Shown: positions 63,561 through 64,000 of the stretch, piece by piece
Layout: each line of letters begins with the position of its first letter
How positions within the stretch are numbered: position 1 is the first letter of the stretch
Assembly (NCBI GenBank): GCA_030390025.1
Contig: JASTWF010000237.1
Span: forward strand, 496,001-560,000
Source of the DNA: Squalus acanthias
Lineage: Eukaryota
Direction: 5' to 3'
DNA: 64,000 nucleotides
The notes under the pieces: model-generated
Told to the model about the DNA's origin: nothing
The model's database searches: none
What the model saw: the letters and a program-made list of their open reading frames with translations, nothing else
Translations under genes and position numbers: made by a program

Positions 63561-64000
63561 TGAGACGTGAGGGATTCCTTGGCTAACATTTTATTTCATC
63601 CATTGACTTCACTAATATAAGTCCTTCTGAAAATGCCCATCTGTGTAGTCATCCATTATTTTTTCCGAATGTTCTGCATTGCAAAAATCCACTTACCAAC
63701 AATCTGCTGAGGTTAAATAAAAATTTATGAAGCAGATTTGAAATTGTTTGGGAAATTAGACATTGAAAAGGGATAGCCCTATTTAAAAAATTAAATCCTG
63801 AACAGCTAGCTTATTGCTGTGGTTTGGCACAATTTTGAAGTTCTTTGGCTTTCAACAAACCACATCTTTTTTTTATTGTATCTGTATAAAGCAAAATCTT
63901 TCTTTAATCTATCCAAGCTCGCACTAGTGTCTCTCTGTGACCTGTTTTATTAAAGTTAATCACCAGACCTGTTTCTGTTTGTGCGGACTTAATCTGGACA

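Overview
Vertebrate genomic DNA, almost certainly from a shark or other cartilaginous fish. The repeat set points there: SacSINE1/DeuSINE-type SINEs, CR1, L2, RTE and Tx1 LINEs, and Penelope-type terminal repeats. The only host gene I can support is the 3' end of MVB12B (an ESCRT-I subunit) on the + strand. It has three spliced coding exons (2856-2911, 6815-6874, 37869-37955) encoding the C-terminal UMA domain, a ~31-kb last intron and a ~2.4-kb 3'UTR. About 24 kb of intergenic DNA follows, which in other jawed vertebrates lies between MVB12B and LMX1B. Nearly all ORFs in the supplied track are spurious or are transposon fragments. The most notable observations are: (i) short, TSD-flanked Penelope-derived inserts carrying a minimal type-I hammerhead ribozyme motif; (ii) a Gmr1-like Gypsy relic with gag-protease-integrase order; (iii) a young RTE insertion with a perfect 23-bp fold-back at its 5' junction; (iv) several MITEs defined by TIRs and TSDs, plus nested insertions; (v) repeat-free, TAAT-rich blocks that are candidate conserved enhancers of the PBX3-MVB12B-LMX1B block. 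I found no evidence of a novel protein-coding system.
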